A DNA stretch of 64,000 nucleotides from Felis catus. Lineage: Eukaryota. The first letter of the stretch is position 1. Each line of letters begins with the position of its first letter. Where the stretch lies: positions 27,530,001 through 27,594,000 of the forward strand of contig NC_058368.1 of assembly GCF_018350175.1 (NCBI RefSeq), in the 5' to 3' direction. This document shows, piece after piece, positions 14,136 to 27,899 of this stretch. The translations under genes were made by a program, and so were the position numbers. The notes beneath the pieces were generated by a model. It saw only the letters and a program-made list of their open reading frames with translations. It made no database searches and was not told the origin of the DNA.

Positions 14136-14399
14136 GGCGAAAGGGGAGAAACAGTTCTCTCTATTCAGTAGCCCCACAGCAGTGTTCTTGGGCACCCAAA
14201 ATTTATAGTTCGGGAAAATGTGTCTTTCTGATTTCCAAGGGTCAGAGATGTACCCAATGGGCATTGGGCCCAACGGTAGTCATTACTCAATCTTTGAAAT
14301 TATCCTTCTTAGCTACTGGTTAACACTCTGCAGGCCTTATTTATAATGAGCTCTTGTAGGAGACTTCCCAATTCCATGTTGAAGAGATATATGGGTAAT

Positions 14400-15140
14400 T
14401 TCTATTCATTAAACAGTGAGTGCCTATCACCTGCTGAGCTCTCTTCTAGGTTCTGATGATACAGAGGAAACACATCAAAGTCTTATCTCTCATAGACCTT
14501 GCATTTTCATGAGGAGTAAAGAGACGAACTAATACACAGCTACGTCAAGTGATGCCAAGTGTTACAAAGAAAAATAAAGGAGAGTAAGGGGATTAAGGGC
14601 AACCCAGGAGTGGAGAGAGCATTTTATACACAGTGGCCAGCAATGGCCTGACAGGGGAGCCATTTGAGCAGTTAAAGGTGAGCCATGCAGATAGGTGAGG
14701 CAGAAGAGATTCTAAGTGTGCGGGGGCTGAGGTGGGAGAGTGCTTGGTATAATCTGAGGACTGACATTGCTGGAGAGGAATGAGCAAGGAGGAAAGAAGA
14801 AAATGAGGTCAGTGAAGTATCAGGGGCTAGATCATGGGGGGGCCGCGGGGGCCACTGAAGAACTTTGAGTTTTGCTCTGAATGAGATGGAAAATGTTGGA
14901 GGGATTTAAACAGAGGAGTCACCATGGGACTTTCATTGCTGTGGCAGAGAGGAGCCAGAAGGGAGAGAGCAACTTAGTGGGCCAGCGAACTAAGAGGTGA
15001 CGGGGGTTTGCTGGGGAGGCAGCAATGGAGACACCGAGAAGCTGCTAGGTTTTGGATTTATTAGAAGGTGATGTTGACAAGATTTGTGGATGAGTTGGAT
15101 ATGGAGTGTGAAGGAAAGAGAAGAATCAAGAAAAATACAT
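14400..15140 (-). mobile_element. Degraded L2 fragment
   Basis: L2-like purine-rich motifs such as tttgctctgaatgagatgga and gatgagttggatatggagtgtgaagg. Confidence 0.5.
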
Positions 15141-15836
15141 GCCTATGTCTGAACTCCAGCCGTGGATGTGACTTAAGTTCCTTCCCAGGAGATACCTCGT
15201 GCTATCAGTTCTGTTCTACCCGCTCTCCAGGTGCCATCCCCACATTCTAGAAGCCCGGCGGTTGTGATGTCCAGGCTTAACTTGAGGTCCTTGCTTTGGT
15301 AAATAAAATTCTGGACACAGCCAAGTTTGTGTTGGGAGACAGAAACCCAGGTAAGGCGCAATCTTCCAAGGAATAAAGATCCTGACCTAGCAATCGGCCT
15401 GTACCTTGTTTAACATGAAAAGGCAGAAAATACCATGGCATTTTCGTTCCACAGGCCCTAATTCCAACAGACTTATGCATTTTTCTCCAGCTCATAAGTA
15501 TGGTGTTAAATCTCAGCCTGAGTGTGAAATCTGGAACCCAGTCCTAAGACATCCTGGGTACCAGTTAAAGAACTGGTCCAAGCAGTATTTTCTGGGCTCT
15601 ATAACATTTCGACCCAATCACTGCTTTTTGTATATGAACAGAGAACAAGTCCTGGAGCTTTCCTGGCATGAAAACCACATACGGTCTCTGCATGTAGGGT
15701 GTCACTTTATAAATAAGAAGTATTAATAAAAGAAAACCTTTTATACAGCTAAAAATAGCTAGTTTAGACAAGGTGGTGTATACCCATTCTCCCGACGCCT
15801 CCCCTACTAAGTATAAGTATAAAAGCCAAAAATGAT

Positions 15837-16045
15837 GGGGCGCCTGGGTGGCTCCATTGGTTAAGCATCCAACTTCAGCTCAGGTCACGATCTCATGGTT
15901 TGTGAGTTCGAGCCCTGTGCTGGGCTCTCTGCTGTCAGCACAGAGCCTGCTTCGAATCCTCTATCCCCTTCTCTCTGCCCTTCCCCATTTCGTCCGCACA
16001 TGTGTGCTCTCTCTCTCAAAAATAAATCAACATTTTTAAAAAATG
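15837..16045 (+). mobile_element. CanSINE
   Basis: ggggcgcctgggtggctc head, CT tract, A tail. Confidence 0.9.
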
Positions 16046-17194
16046 GCGCAACAGGCACCAAAAGATTGCAAAATGTGGTAAGGAGGAGCCCAGCTGATTT
16101 GGGAATCCAGGACTTGAGGAACAACATCTTGCTCGCCCCGCCCCCAACTCAAAATAGGAAGGCCATCCAGACACAGAACCCGCAATCTCCAACCTAGCAG
16201 CAGAAGGCCTCCCAGGCTATTCCTCCCTGGAAAAGACAGGAAACCCTCTGACAACAAAGGAGGATCACTGGAAACCCACCAGAAATGGCCAGGAAGCACT
16301 CTCCTTCCTTGCAGGCCTCACTCTCCTTTCCCTCCCAAACATACCCAGAAACACATAGCAGGAGAGAGCAGGCTGCAGTAGGTAGCCAGTCCGGCCTTCT
16401 GAGACTCCCCTCCCCCACCCAGGGACAAAGCTGGTGGGAGAAGGATTGAGAGAAAGGGGTAGTCACAGAAACCGAGCTGATAGAAAGAACATGAAAAAGG
16501 CTCATTAAAAACTAAAGAGCTGAAACAAACTTTAGCTCGTAAGTGATTCTGGTATTTTTACAGCGAAGGATTAATAGGATAAGCTGGCATATATGGTGGG
16601 ATTGAGCCGTGGAGCCAATAAAAAGGTCTCTGCAGAGGATTTTATCTAGAAATTGAGATGTCCAGGTAGGGTTGCCAAGCAGTGAAAGCCCTTAACCTTG
16701 GCTTTATATTTTAAACACAGGCAGATTGAGGTTAAAATGAAATACACAATTTTATTGGTATACAGGAGCAAGAAAGGGACATTGGTCTGTATAAAGCTCT
16801 AAACTAAAATTTGATTTTCGGCTAAGGTGCTTTGGGGGAATACACATAAAAAAAAAAAGGCTTTCAAATAAAATTGAAATATGCTTTTGAATGACAGGGT
16901 AGTAGTACCCTGAATTCAGGGTAGTAGACTACCCTTACAAGCCAAATTTAAATATGAAAACAGACCATTTCATTAATTAGGGCAGAATTCAGGGTGCTGG
17001 GGATACCAGGAAAATTTTTAGCCAAGACGATCAGTGAATAACTTTGGAAAGTCCCCAAACCCTCCATATCTGAAGCAATGAAAAAAGTAAGTTCCACGGT
17101 TTTCTGAAACTAAGCTAGAGAAAAAAAGAGAGGTGACAGGGTAGAGAAAATGTTAGTTCCTCAACATTTGAGAGAAAACAGAAGCCAGATGGTA

Positions 17195-17535
17195 CCAGTT
17201 GAATGTTCATGCCCCAAATTCCTCTTTTGAAATCCTAACCCCCAGTTTGAAGGTTAGGCCTTTGGAAGGTGCCCAGATCATGAACATGGAGCCCTCGTGA
17301 ATGCGATTAGTGCCCTTAAGAAAAACACCCCAGACAGTTCTCTTGCGCCTTCCGCCTCATGAGGTTAACGCAAGAAGACAGCCATCTATGAACCGGGAAG
17401 TGACCAGACACGGTGTCTGTCAGCAATTTGATCTTCGACTTTCCACCCTCCACGACTGTGAGAAATAAATATTTCTTGTTCAAGCCACCCGTTCTATGAC
17501 ATTTTTGTTACAGCAGCCCAAATGGACTGAGACAT
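17195..17535 (+). mobile_element. MLT1A-like MaLR solo LTR
   Basis: gaaatcctaaccccca, ggagccctcgtgaatgcgattagtgccctta, ctgtgagaaataaat and gcagcccaaatggactgagaca end. Confidence 0.75.
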
Positions 17536-17709
17536 CAGATATGAGAAACTGGTTAAAGAGGAGTTCAAGAATCTGAAATATAACATCCCCTGTGGAGGTG
17601 CCGTAAATCAGTCAAGTAACGAATTGTCCCTCTTCAGCCTTTCTCTCTGAAGATAAGATCCTCTGACAATGACTTACTCTATAAATAAAAGGGGAGGCAA
17701 TTGGTTCTC

Positions 17710-17908
17710 TCTTTTTTTTAAGTTATTTATTCTGAGAGAGAGAGCAAGATCAGGGGAGGGGCAGAGAAAGAGGGAGAGAGAAAGAATCCCAAGCAGGCTC
17801 CTCCCTGTCAGCTTGGAGCTCCACGCAGGGCCCGAACTTACGAACCGTGATCAGCACCTGAGCCAAAACCAAGAGTCAAGACACTCAACCAAGTCACCCA
17901 GGCACCCG
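17710..17908 (-). mobile_element. CanSINE
   Basis: T tail, GA tract, cacccaggcaccc end. Confidence 0.85.
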
Positions 17909-18469
17909 AAAAAATCAGTTCCTATGAGAGCTTTCAAGAAGAGAATTCCCCTAACAATACTCAGATGCTTTCAAAACAAAAATTTAAACTAATAGAAAGG
18001 ATACATTCCTTTCCTGATGAAAAAGACTCAAAAAATAGTTTCTACTTCTGAAGATAAAGAACTGATTCAATCACTAGAACTCGAAGACCACCAAAGCTTC
18101 CAGGGTTGAAAACTGCATCAACTACTGACAAGACAACCAGAGCCGGGAAGCTGATGGTCCCCTGGAACATCATGAAGATGCTCAGCGTCACCTCTCCAGC
18201 AACCTCCTGTACGGATCCCAAGTGTCTTTGCCTTGATTCCTTCGTGTGAAATATAGGAACCAAATCTTTACAACTGTAAAGAATCTCCGGCTTGCTGGAG
18301 ACTTTGTGTTAAAGAAAAGTTTATATAATCTGCTAGATTAAAGACGACCTTTAGGATGATCTTTCGTGACGCTTTTTCTTGATTATAGAAATAGTACACA
18401 CTCAACATAAAAAAACTTTTGAAAACCACAAAAAAAAAACATATAAAGAAGAAAAAATAAAATACAACC

Positions 18470-18740
18470 CTCAGATGTAATGTACATGGTGACTACAGTT
18501 AAAAGTGCTGTATGGGATATTTGAAAGAAGTTAAGAGCATAGATCTTAAGTTATTGTCATCACCAAGAAAAGAAACATTTTTTTCCTTTTTTTATTTTTC
18601 TATCTATATGAGATGATGGATATTAACCACATTTACGGTGGTAACCAATTCACAATATATGAAAGTCAAGTCATTATGCTGTAACACCTTAAACGTATCC
18701 TGTGCTGCTTGTCAGTTATATCTCAATAAACATGGGGGGA
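18470..18740 (+). mobile_element. Old L1 (L1MA-like) 3' UTR fragment
   Basis: catggtgactacagttaa, gtcattatgctgtaacacctt and gtcagttatatctcaataaa. Confidence 0.65.
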
Positions 18741-19079
18741 AATCCATTAAACAAAAAAACTCTTAATCTTCCCAGAGTTAAGTGCATTTAAAATTTCTTT
18801 TCATCTTTCTATTATTTTATCTCTGAAGACATACCTTTTTTAAAAATTAAAATCATGCTATTTGAAAAGTGTAACATTCTGTGTTCTCCTTTACCTTCTC
18901 ATAAATTTTTTTACATTTATTCTTTTGTTTTTTATTTTAAAAACTTCTTTAAAAACTTATTTTAAAATGTACTTAAAACTTTAAATAGTTTATTTTTATT
19001 TATTTATTTAAAACTTATTAAAAACTTACTTAAAAACTTATTAAAAATTTATTTAAAAAACTTATGTTTTTTATTTAAT

Positions 19080-19705
19080 TTTTTTTTTAATGTTTATTTA
19101 TTTTTGAGAGAGACAGAGACAGAGTGTGAGCAGGTGAGGGGCAGAGAGAAAGGGAGACAGAATCCGGAACAGGCTCCAGGCTCTGAGCTGTCAGCACAGA
19201 GCCCCATGCGGGGCTGGAACTCACGGATCTCGAGACCATGACCTGAGCTGTAGTCGGACGCTTAACTGGCTGAGCCACTCAGGCGCCCCATGTTTATTCA
19301 TTTTTTGAGACAGAGAGACAGAGCGTGAGTGGAGGAGGGGCAGAGAGAGAGGGAGACACAGAATCCCAAGCAAGTACCAGGCTCTGAACTGACAGCACAG
19401 AGCCCAACGAAGGGCTCGAACTCACGGACTGTGAGACCGTGACCTGAGTTGAAGTCAGACGCTTAACAGACTGAACCACCGGGCACCCCTCCTTTACCTT
19501 TTTTTAAAATGTTTATTTATTTTTAAGAGAGAGAGAGGGAGATCATGAGCAAGGGAGGGGCAGAGAGACAGAGAAACAGAGGATCCAAAGAGGGCTCTGT
19601 GCTGACAGCAAAGAGCCTGATGCAGGACTCGAACCCAGAAACCATTAAGATCACGCCCTGAGACATAAGTCAGGCACTTAACTGACTGAGCCACCCAGGC
19701 ATCCC
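19080..19705 (-). mobile_element. Three head-to-tail CanSINEs (19080-19290, 19291-19489, 19500-19705)
   Basis: Three reverse-complement SINE bodies, each ending in a cagg/cgggc.cccc-type head. Confidence 0.9.
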
Positions 19706-20146
19706 TCTCCTTTATTTACCTTTTATTTTCTCATATCAGTAAATACTTTCCAAAACATGATTTTGAATCATCACATTATCTATTCTACCTTATAGATGTA
19801 CCATAATTTAGTTACTGTCCTTATCATTGAATAGTTTACAATAAATTTTTCTATTAAATGTTGTCCTGAACACTGTTGTATACAAAACTCTTTTCTACAT
19901 CTCTAATAATTTCTTTCTGATTTGTTCACAAAATTGAAATTGCTGGGCAAGGGTATAATTTTTTTAAGGCCATGGGTTAACTGACACACTAATTTTTAGA
20001 CAGATATACTAAATTACACTCTAATCAGCCATGTGTAAGAATGCCTACTTCACCAAATCTTCGAGAGAACAGAATCTTAACAAGTTTGTGAGTAGCCTTC
20101 TGTTTCCACAATTGGCTAACTAAACTGTTTATAAAAACCTTGTACT

Positions 20147-20345
20147 TGGGGCACCCGGGTAGCTCAGTTGGTTGAGAATCTGACTCTTGATTTTGGCTCA
20201 GGTCATGATCCCAGGGTCGTGGGATCAAGCCCTGAGTTGGGCTCCGAGCCGAACGTGGAGCCTACTTAAGATTCTCTCTCACCCTCACACTCTGCCCCTC
20301 CCCTGACCTGCCCCCCCCCCATCTCTCTAATTAAAAATAAAAAAC
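20147..20345 (+). mobile_element. CanSINE
   Basis: ggggcacccgggtagctcag head and A tail. Confidence 0.85.
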
Positions 20346-20599
20346 CTACCTGAGAATAAGCAGAAATGCTGGATAAAATATACTAAAAGAAATATTTTTA
20401 AAGACATGAAACCTACTGAGAAAATGAAACTTGCAGGGATAAGATAGGGAAGAGGAGAAAAAAAAATTTAATGTAAATTTAGGGTCACTTGTGCAGGTAT
20501 GGCTATTATTGACGTTGAAAGTGACAGTGTCAGCTAAGAGGCTAAGGGTAGAGCTTTAGCAGTCAAAACTTGGAAAAGACTAAGGAGGGACTCCAGTAA

Positions 20600-21410
20600 A
20601 CACCCTAGGCTTTCAGGATTGGGAGCCTAAAAGGCCCAAGGTTTAAGGGTGAACCAGAAATAGACCATAGCTCACAAACACTTACATCCAACGTGATTGG
20701 ATTAAGGTGATCAGTTCCCTGGCTTAAATGCCTTACAGAAGCAAAATAAATCCTCTCTGAAGGAAGACAGCATAATCCAAAGCCACAAATCATCTCTACC
20801 ATTTTTCATACAGAATATCTGACGCTTAATAAAAATATTACTAAGTATATAAGATAAAACTGGAGAGAAAAAAATGAGAAACAGACCATAAAAACAGAGC
20901 AACAAGAAAATCCAAAAATTGTATAGATCATAGATTGATATGTTCATGAAACAAGATAAAAGCTAAAACTAGAAAACATTAAAAAGGAAATCAAATTAGT
21001 ATCCTGGAGTTGAAAAATATAATAACTGAAATTTAAAACTCAATACATGAACAACCTAAAACAACCCAAACACTGATCGATAGATGTACGATAATTAAAA
21101 TGTGGTATGTTTACAAACTATTATTCAAAGAGAAAAAGAAATAAAGTACTGACACATGGGACAACATGGGCAAATCTTGAAAACATTGTGCTAAGTGAAA
21201 TAAGCCAGCCACACATTGTATGTGAAAACCATATAATCACATATTGTATGATTCCACTTATATGAGAAGTCCAGAACAGGCAAATCTATAGAGGCAGAAA
21301 GTAGACTAGTGGTACCTGGGGGTAGGCAAGGTGGGAGATTGTAAGAGGATAGCTAAGGAGCACAGGGTTTCTTTGGAGGTTATAAAAACGACTTGAAAAC
21401 GATTGTGGTA
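20600..21410 (+). mobile_element. Ancient L1M fragments (ORF1-region and 3' UTR pieces)
   Basis: aataactgaaatttaaaactcaat; cattgtgctaagtgaaataagccag; tgtatgattccacttatatgagaagtccagaacaggcaaatctatagag. Confidence 0.6.
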
Positions 21411-22335
21411 TTATTTATGAATCCTGGAGCCTGTGCTAGAGGGGCAGGGATTGTTAGGCGACTTCTCCAAAAACAAAAACAAAAAAAAAACTGGCAGGCT
21501 CCATTTCCTTCCCCCACCTCCCAGCCTCTATACCTAGACGACGACAGAAAGCAACACAGCGCCAACACTCTCCACCTAACTCGGGAACAGCACACCCTGC
21601 CCTTGACCACTTCTGTAGACGCCACTCCTCCGGCCAGGTCTCCTCCTACAGCAGACCCAGCAAAACTTGCCAACACCGCACGCCCCACCCCTGTGCTCTC
21701 CTGCAGATCCGCCCGCTCCAACCTCGCAGCAGTTTTCTAAAGCGGATCGGGGTCCCCTCTTAACAGCAGACCTGTCCAAACCTTGCTCACGCCACACGCC
21801 CCCACATTCTCCTGCCGACCTGCCTCTTCCAATATAGACTTGGCCAGAGCCCATCCAGAGTGCTACCACAAGCCTGACACTGTGTTCGCAGTCCCAACAG
21901 GGGCGAGGACTCCTCTGAAGTGACTCCTGCCCCAGAGAGAGAAGATAACCACAAGCACTAGTCTGACTGTGGCCCCAGCAATGGGCTGGAGGGCAGATAC
22001 CTGGTCTGACTGAGACCAAACCCACCGACAAAAGGTTCTCAGGGACAGTGGCCCGTGATTCCAACTACTGCATCTCTGGCCAATGCCTGGTCTGACTCAA
22101 CCGAAGCCCCAGGAAGCCCCAGACTGGCCCACTCACAACACAGGGACCAAATGCTGCTTACAACAGGCAAAAAGGGCCATTACAGATTGGACTGAAGGCA
22201 AAAGTGGCTCAGCCACGATAGTGAGGCTCAGACAACACATACAAGAGATACTCCTGAAGCACCAGGTTCTGGTGAAGAGGGAACACCGCACTTCAGGGCA
22301 CTAAATGGCCTCTTTTTCATAAGGCCACTACTCTT

Positions 22336-22857
22336 TTTTTTTTTTTTTTTAATTTACATCCAAGTTAGTTAGCATATAGTGCAACAATGATTTCAGGAGT
22401 AGATTCCTTAATGCCTCTTACCCATTTAGCCCATCCCCCCTCCCAAAACCCTTCCAGTAACCCTCTGTTTGTTCTCCATTTTTAAGAGTCTCTTATGTTT
22501 TTGTCCCCCTCCCTGTTTTTTTATTATTTTTGCTTCCCTTCCCTTATGTTCATCTGTTTTTATATCCTAAAGTCCTCACATGAGTGAAATCATGTGATAT
22601 TTGTCTTTCTCTGACTAATTTCTCTTAGCATAATACCCTCTAGTTCCATCCATATAGTTGCAAATGGCAAGATTTCATTTTTTTTGATTGCCAAGTAATA
22701 CTCCATTGTATATATATACCACATCTTCTTTATCCATTCATCTATCGATGGACATTTGGGCTCTTTCCATACACTGGCTATTGTTGAGAGTGCTGCTATA
22801 AACATTGGGGTGCATGTGCCCCTTCGAAACAGCATACCTGTATCCCTTGGATAAATA
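22336..22857 (-). mobile_element. 5'-truncated antisense L1 3' end nested in the L1 5' UTR, with an 18-bp TSD
   Basis: cataaggccactactctt at 22318-22335 and 22858-22875; poly(T) at the left end; ORF2 C-terminus MEYYLAIKKNEILPFA on the minus strand. Confidence 0.95.
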
Positions 22858-24271
22858 CATAAGGCCACTACTCTTAAGAACAGGAGACATAGCTGACTTT
22901 CCTAACACAGAGAAATAGATACAGGAGAGTCAGACAAAGTAAGAACATAGAACGTGAAAGAACAGGACAAAAATCACAACAATAGGCATAAGCAAAACAG
23001 AGATAAGTTATAGGCCCTTCAGAGAATTTAAAGTAATGGTCATAAAGACACTCACTGGACTTGAGGAAAGAGTGGAGGACCTCAGTGAGACTGTTAACAG
23101 AGACAGAAAACAAAAAAAATAACCAACCGGAGATGAAGAACTCAATAACTGAAATTATAAATATACTCAATGGACTAAATGGATTAGAGGAAGCAGAATG
23201 GATCAGTGACCTGTAGGACAGAGTATTGATAAACAGTCAAGATGAAAAGGAGAGAGAGAAAAAAATAATAAAAAGATGAAAACAGAGAACACAGCGACAT
23301 CATCAAGTGTAATAACATTCACATTACAGGGATCCCAGTAGAAGAACATAGAGAAAAAGGAGCAGAAAATTAATTTAAAGAAATAATAGCAGAAAACTTC
23401 TCAAATCTAGGGAAGGAAACAGAAATCCAGATCCAGGATGCATAAAGAGCCCCCAACAAAATCAACCCAAGGAGGCACACAACCAAGGCACATAGTAATT
23501 AAAGCGACAAAAAGTAATAGAGAATTATAAAAGCAGCAGTGGAAAAGAAAACAGTTACATACAAAAGAAACCCCATAAGGCTATCAGCTGATGTTTTCAA
23601 CAGGACAGAAGGGAGTGGCATGATATAGTCAAAGAGCTGAAAGGAAAAAACCTGCAGCCAAGAATACTCTATCCAGCCAAGCTATTATTCAGAATAGAAG
23701 TAGATATAAGAAGTTTCCCAGGCAAAAAAAAGCTTAAAGGAATTCATGACCACAAAGCAGCCCTACAATAACTATTAAAGCAGACTCTTTAAGTGGGAAG
23801 AAAAGATCATAAGTAGGAGTAAGAAAAGTAGGAAGCACAAAAGCATTAAGAATAAATATTTCTGTAAAAATCAGTCAAGGAATTCACAAAATAAAAAGGT
23901 GTTAAAGTAGGACACCATACACCTAAAACATTGGACATGGGTGGGGGGGTGGAAGAGTAAAGAATGGGTTCAAACTTAAATGACCATCAACTTAATATGG
24001 ACTGCTATATACATAAGATGTTATGTACAAACCTAATGGTAACCACAAGTCAAAAACCGGTAATAAACATGAAAAAAAATAAAGAGAAATAAATCCAAGT
24101 ACATCACCAAAGAAAGCCAGCAAACCATGAGAGGTGAGAGAAAAAGAAAGAACAGCAAAGACTACACAAAAACAACCTTAAACAAATAACAGAATGGTAG
24201 TAAGTACATAACTACCAATAGTTACTTTGAATGTTAGTGGACTAAACAATTAAATCAAAAGACACTGTGTA

Positions 24272-24472
24272 GAGGCACCTGGGTGGCTCAGTTGGTTAAG
24301 CATCTGCCTCCTGATTTAGGGTCAGGTCATGATCTCATGGTTCATGTGATTGAGCCCCATGTCGGGCTCTGTACTGACAGTGTGGAGCCTCCCTGTCTCA
24401 CATTCATGCTCTCTCTCTTGCTCTTGCTCTCTCTCTCTCTCTCTCTCTAAATAAACTTAAAAAAAAAAAAAA
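24272..24472 (+). mobile_element. CanSINE within L1
   Basis: SINE head, CT tract and A tail; aaaagacactg repeats on both sides. Confidence 0.88.
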
Positions 24473-24636
24473 GACACTGGATACTGGAATGGCTAAAAAG
24501 GCAAGATCTATCTATATGCTTGCTGCCTAGAAGAGACTCATTTCAGACCTAAAGACACATGAAGATTAAAACTGAAGAGATGGAAAAGCATTTATCATGC
24601 AAATGGTAGAGAAAAGAAAGCTAGAGTAGCAATACT

Positions 24637-24744
24637 TATGTTAGAAAAAAATAAACTAAAATAGACTATAACAAGAGACCAGAAGAATGCTATGTTAGAA
24701 AAAAATAAACTAAAATAGACTGTAACAAGAGACCAGAAGAATGC
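24637..24744. repeat. 54-bp tandem duplication in the L1 endonuclease region
   Basis: tatgttagaaaaaaataaactaaaatagact(a/g)taacaagagaccagaagaatgc twice, one mismatch. Confidence 0.95.
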
Positions 24745-25914
24745 TCTATAATCATAAAGGGAAGAATTCAACAAGAAGACATAACAATTGTAAATATTTA
24801 TGTACCCAACAAGGAACCACCCAAATACATAAAGCAGCTGATAACAAACATAAAGGAAGCAATCAAAAGTAATACAATAATAGTAGGGAATTTTAACACC
24901 CCATTTACATCAATGGACAGATCCTCCTAACAGAAAATCAACAAGGAAACAGCGGCTTTGAATAACACATTGGACCAGATGGACCTAACAGATATATTCA
25001 GAATAGTCTATCATAAAGCAACAGAATACACATTTTTCAAATGCACATGGAACATTCCCCAGAATAGATCACATAATAGGCCACAAAACAAGTCTCGATA
25101 AATTCAAAAAGACTGAAGTCATATTATACATCTTTTCCAACCACAACACCATGCAACTAGAAATCACAAGAAAAAAATCTGGAAAGAACACAAAAGCAAG
25201 TTAAATAGCATGCTACTCAACAATGAATGGGTCAACCAAGGAATTAAAGAAGAAATAAAAAAATACATGGGACACAAATGAAAATACAATGGTCTGAAAC
25301 CTTTGGGATACAGCAAAAGCTGTTCTAAGAGGAAAGTTTATAGCAACACAGGTCTACCTCAAAAGCAAAAAAAATCTCAAATGAAAACCTAAACTTACAC
25401 CTCAAGGAGGTACAAAAAGAGGAACAATACCCCAAACCAGTAGCAGTAAGGAAATAATACAAATACAGCACAAACAAATAAAATAGAAGCCAAAAAAAAA
25501 AAAAAAAAAAACTCACAAAAACCAAAACAGAACAAATCAATGAAACCAGGAGATGGTTCTTTTAAAAGATCAATAAAATTGATAAACCTCTAGCACAAAG
25601 AGAGAGACAGAGAGACAGAGAGGACCCAAATAAACAAAATTACTAATGAAAGATGAGAAATAACAACCAACACCACAGAAATACAAACAATGGTAACAGA
25701 AGATTATGAAAACCTATATGCCAACAAATTGGACAACTTAGAAGAAATGGAAAAATTCCTAAAAGCATAGAACCTACCAAAACTAAAGCAAGAAAAAATA
25801 GAAAATCTGAACAGACTAAATCACTGGCAATGAAATTGAATCACTAATCAAAAAAATCCCAAAACACCAAAGTCCAGCTCCAGACAGCTTCACAGGCTAA
25901 TTCTACCAAACATT

Positions 25915-26030
25915 GATTTTTTTAAGTTTTATTTATTTTAAGTAATCTCTACACCCAACATGGAGCTTGAACTCACAACCCTGAGATCAAGAGTCACATG
26001 CTCTTCCAACTGAGCAAGCCATGCACCCTG
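25915..26030 (-). mobile_element. Short tRNA-Lys-like old carnivore SINE
   Basis: aagtaatctctacacccaacatggagcttgaactcacaaccctgagatcaagagtcacatgctc; no CT tract. Confidence 0.8.
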
Positions 26031-26787
26031 CTATCAAACATTTAAAGAAGAGTTAATACCTTTTCTCCTCAAACTATTCCCCAAAACCAAACTTCCAAAT
26101 TCATTCTATAAGGCCAGTATCACCATGATATCAAAACCAGATAAAGCCACAACAAAAAAAGAGGGAGCTACAGGCCAATATCTCTCATGAATATAGATGC
26201 AAAAATCCTCAACAAAATGGCAGCCAAATCCAAGGGATTTATTCCCATCATGCAAGGGTAGTTCAATATTCACAAAACAGTCAACATGATATGTCACATC
26301 AATAAGAAAAAGGATAAAAACCATATGATCATTTCAATAGACACAGAAAAAGCATTTGACAAAGTACAACATCCATTCATGTAAAAAACTCTCTACAAAG
26401 CAGGTCTAGAGGGAACATATCTGTGCCTAATAAAGGCCTTATATGAAAAACCCACAGTTAACATCATACTCATTGGGGAAAAACTGAGAGCTTTTCCCCT
26501 AAGATCAGGAACAAGACAAGGATGTCCACTTTTACCGCTTTTTTCAACACAGTAGTGTAATGAGACAAGAAAAAGAAATAAAATGCATCCAAATTGGTAA
26601 AGAAGAAATAAAACTCCATTTACGGATGACATATTATACATAGAAAGACTCCATCAAAAAACTACTAGAACTGATAAATGAATTCAGTATAATTGCAGGA
26701 TATAAGATCAATGTGCAGAAGTCTGTTCATTTTCATACACTAATAATGAAACAGCATTAGCGAAATTAAGAAAACAATCTCATTTAT

Positions 26788-27010
26788 GGGGTGCCTGGGT
26801 GACTCAGTCAGGTGAGCATCTGACTCTTACCTTTGGCTCATGTGATGGGCTTGCAGTTTGTGGGTTCAAGCCCCATGCCGGGTTCTGTACTGACAGTGTG
26901 GAGCCTGCTTGGGGTTCTCCTTCTGTCTCGCCCCCTCCCCTGCTCATGTTCTCTTTCTCAAAATAAATAAATAAACTTTCAAAAATATTAAAAAACAAAA
27001 TAGAAAGAAA
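26788..27010 (+). mobile_element. CanSINE within L1
   Basis: ggggtgcctgggtgactcag head; aagaaaacaatc(t/c)cattt repeats on both sides. Confidence 0.88.
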
Positions 27011-27664
27011 ACAATCCCATTTCTAACTGCAGCAAAAACAATAAAATATCTAGGAATAAACCTAACCAAAGAGGTGAAAGACCGATACTCTGAAAACTAT
27101 ACAACACTGCTGAAAGAAATTCAAGATGATGCAAAGAAATGGAAAGACATTCCATGCTCATGAGTTAAAGAACAAATATTGTTAAAATGTCCATACTACT
27201 CAAAGCAATCTGCAGATTTCATGCAATCCCTATTAAAATACCAACAACATTTTTCAAAGAACTAGAAAAAACAACCCTAAAATATGTGTGGAACCACCAA
27301 AGACCTTGAATAACCAAAGCAATCTTGAAAAATAAAAGCAGAATGGCGGTATCACAATTCCAGATTTCAAGTTATACGATAAAGCAGTATTAATTAAAAC
27401 AGTATGGTATTGGCATAAAAAATAGACACACAGATCAACAAAATAGAACAAAAAACCCAGAAATAAACCTACAATTATATGGTCAATTAATCTTCAACAA
27501 AGGAAGAGTGAATATCCAATGGGAAAAAGACAGTCTCTTCAACGAATGGTGCTGGGAAAACTGTACAGCCACATGCAAAAGAGTGAAACTGGGCAACTGG
27601 ATTTAAAGTATGTTAAATCTCTTACATTATATGAGGGGAGGTAAAGGCATTAATTTATTTTACT

Positions 27665-27875
27665 TAAATTTTTTTTAATGTTTATTTATTTTTGAGAGAG
27701 AGAGAGACAGACTGCAAGCATAGAGAGGGGCAGAGAGAAGGAGACACAGAATCTGAAGCAGACTCCAGGCTCTGAGCTGTCAGCACAGAGCCCGATGTGG
27801 TGCTCGAACCCACTAACTGTGAGATCATGACCTGAGCCGAAGTTGGTCACTTAACTGAGCCACGCAGGCTCCCCT
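27665..27875 (-). mobile_element. CanSINE
   Basis: Reverse-complement SINE body with T tail. Confidence 0.88.
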
Positions 27876-27899
27876 CTTTTACCTTTTAATATGTCAGGA

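Larger units (their letters stand above)
21415..27595 (+). mobile_element. Long decayed carnivore L1: 5' UTR part, ORF1, ORF2 EN and RT; 3' end missing; hosts an L1 fragment and three SINEs
   Basis: GC-rich 5' UTR to ~22300; ORF1 motifs (gaaaacttctcaaatctagggaagg, gaatactctatccagc); EN motif aatatttatgtacccaac; RT motifs; stops abruptly at atgcaaaagagtgaaactggg. Confidence 0.9.
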
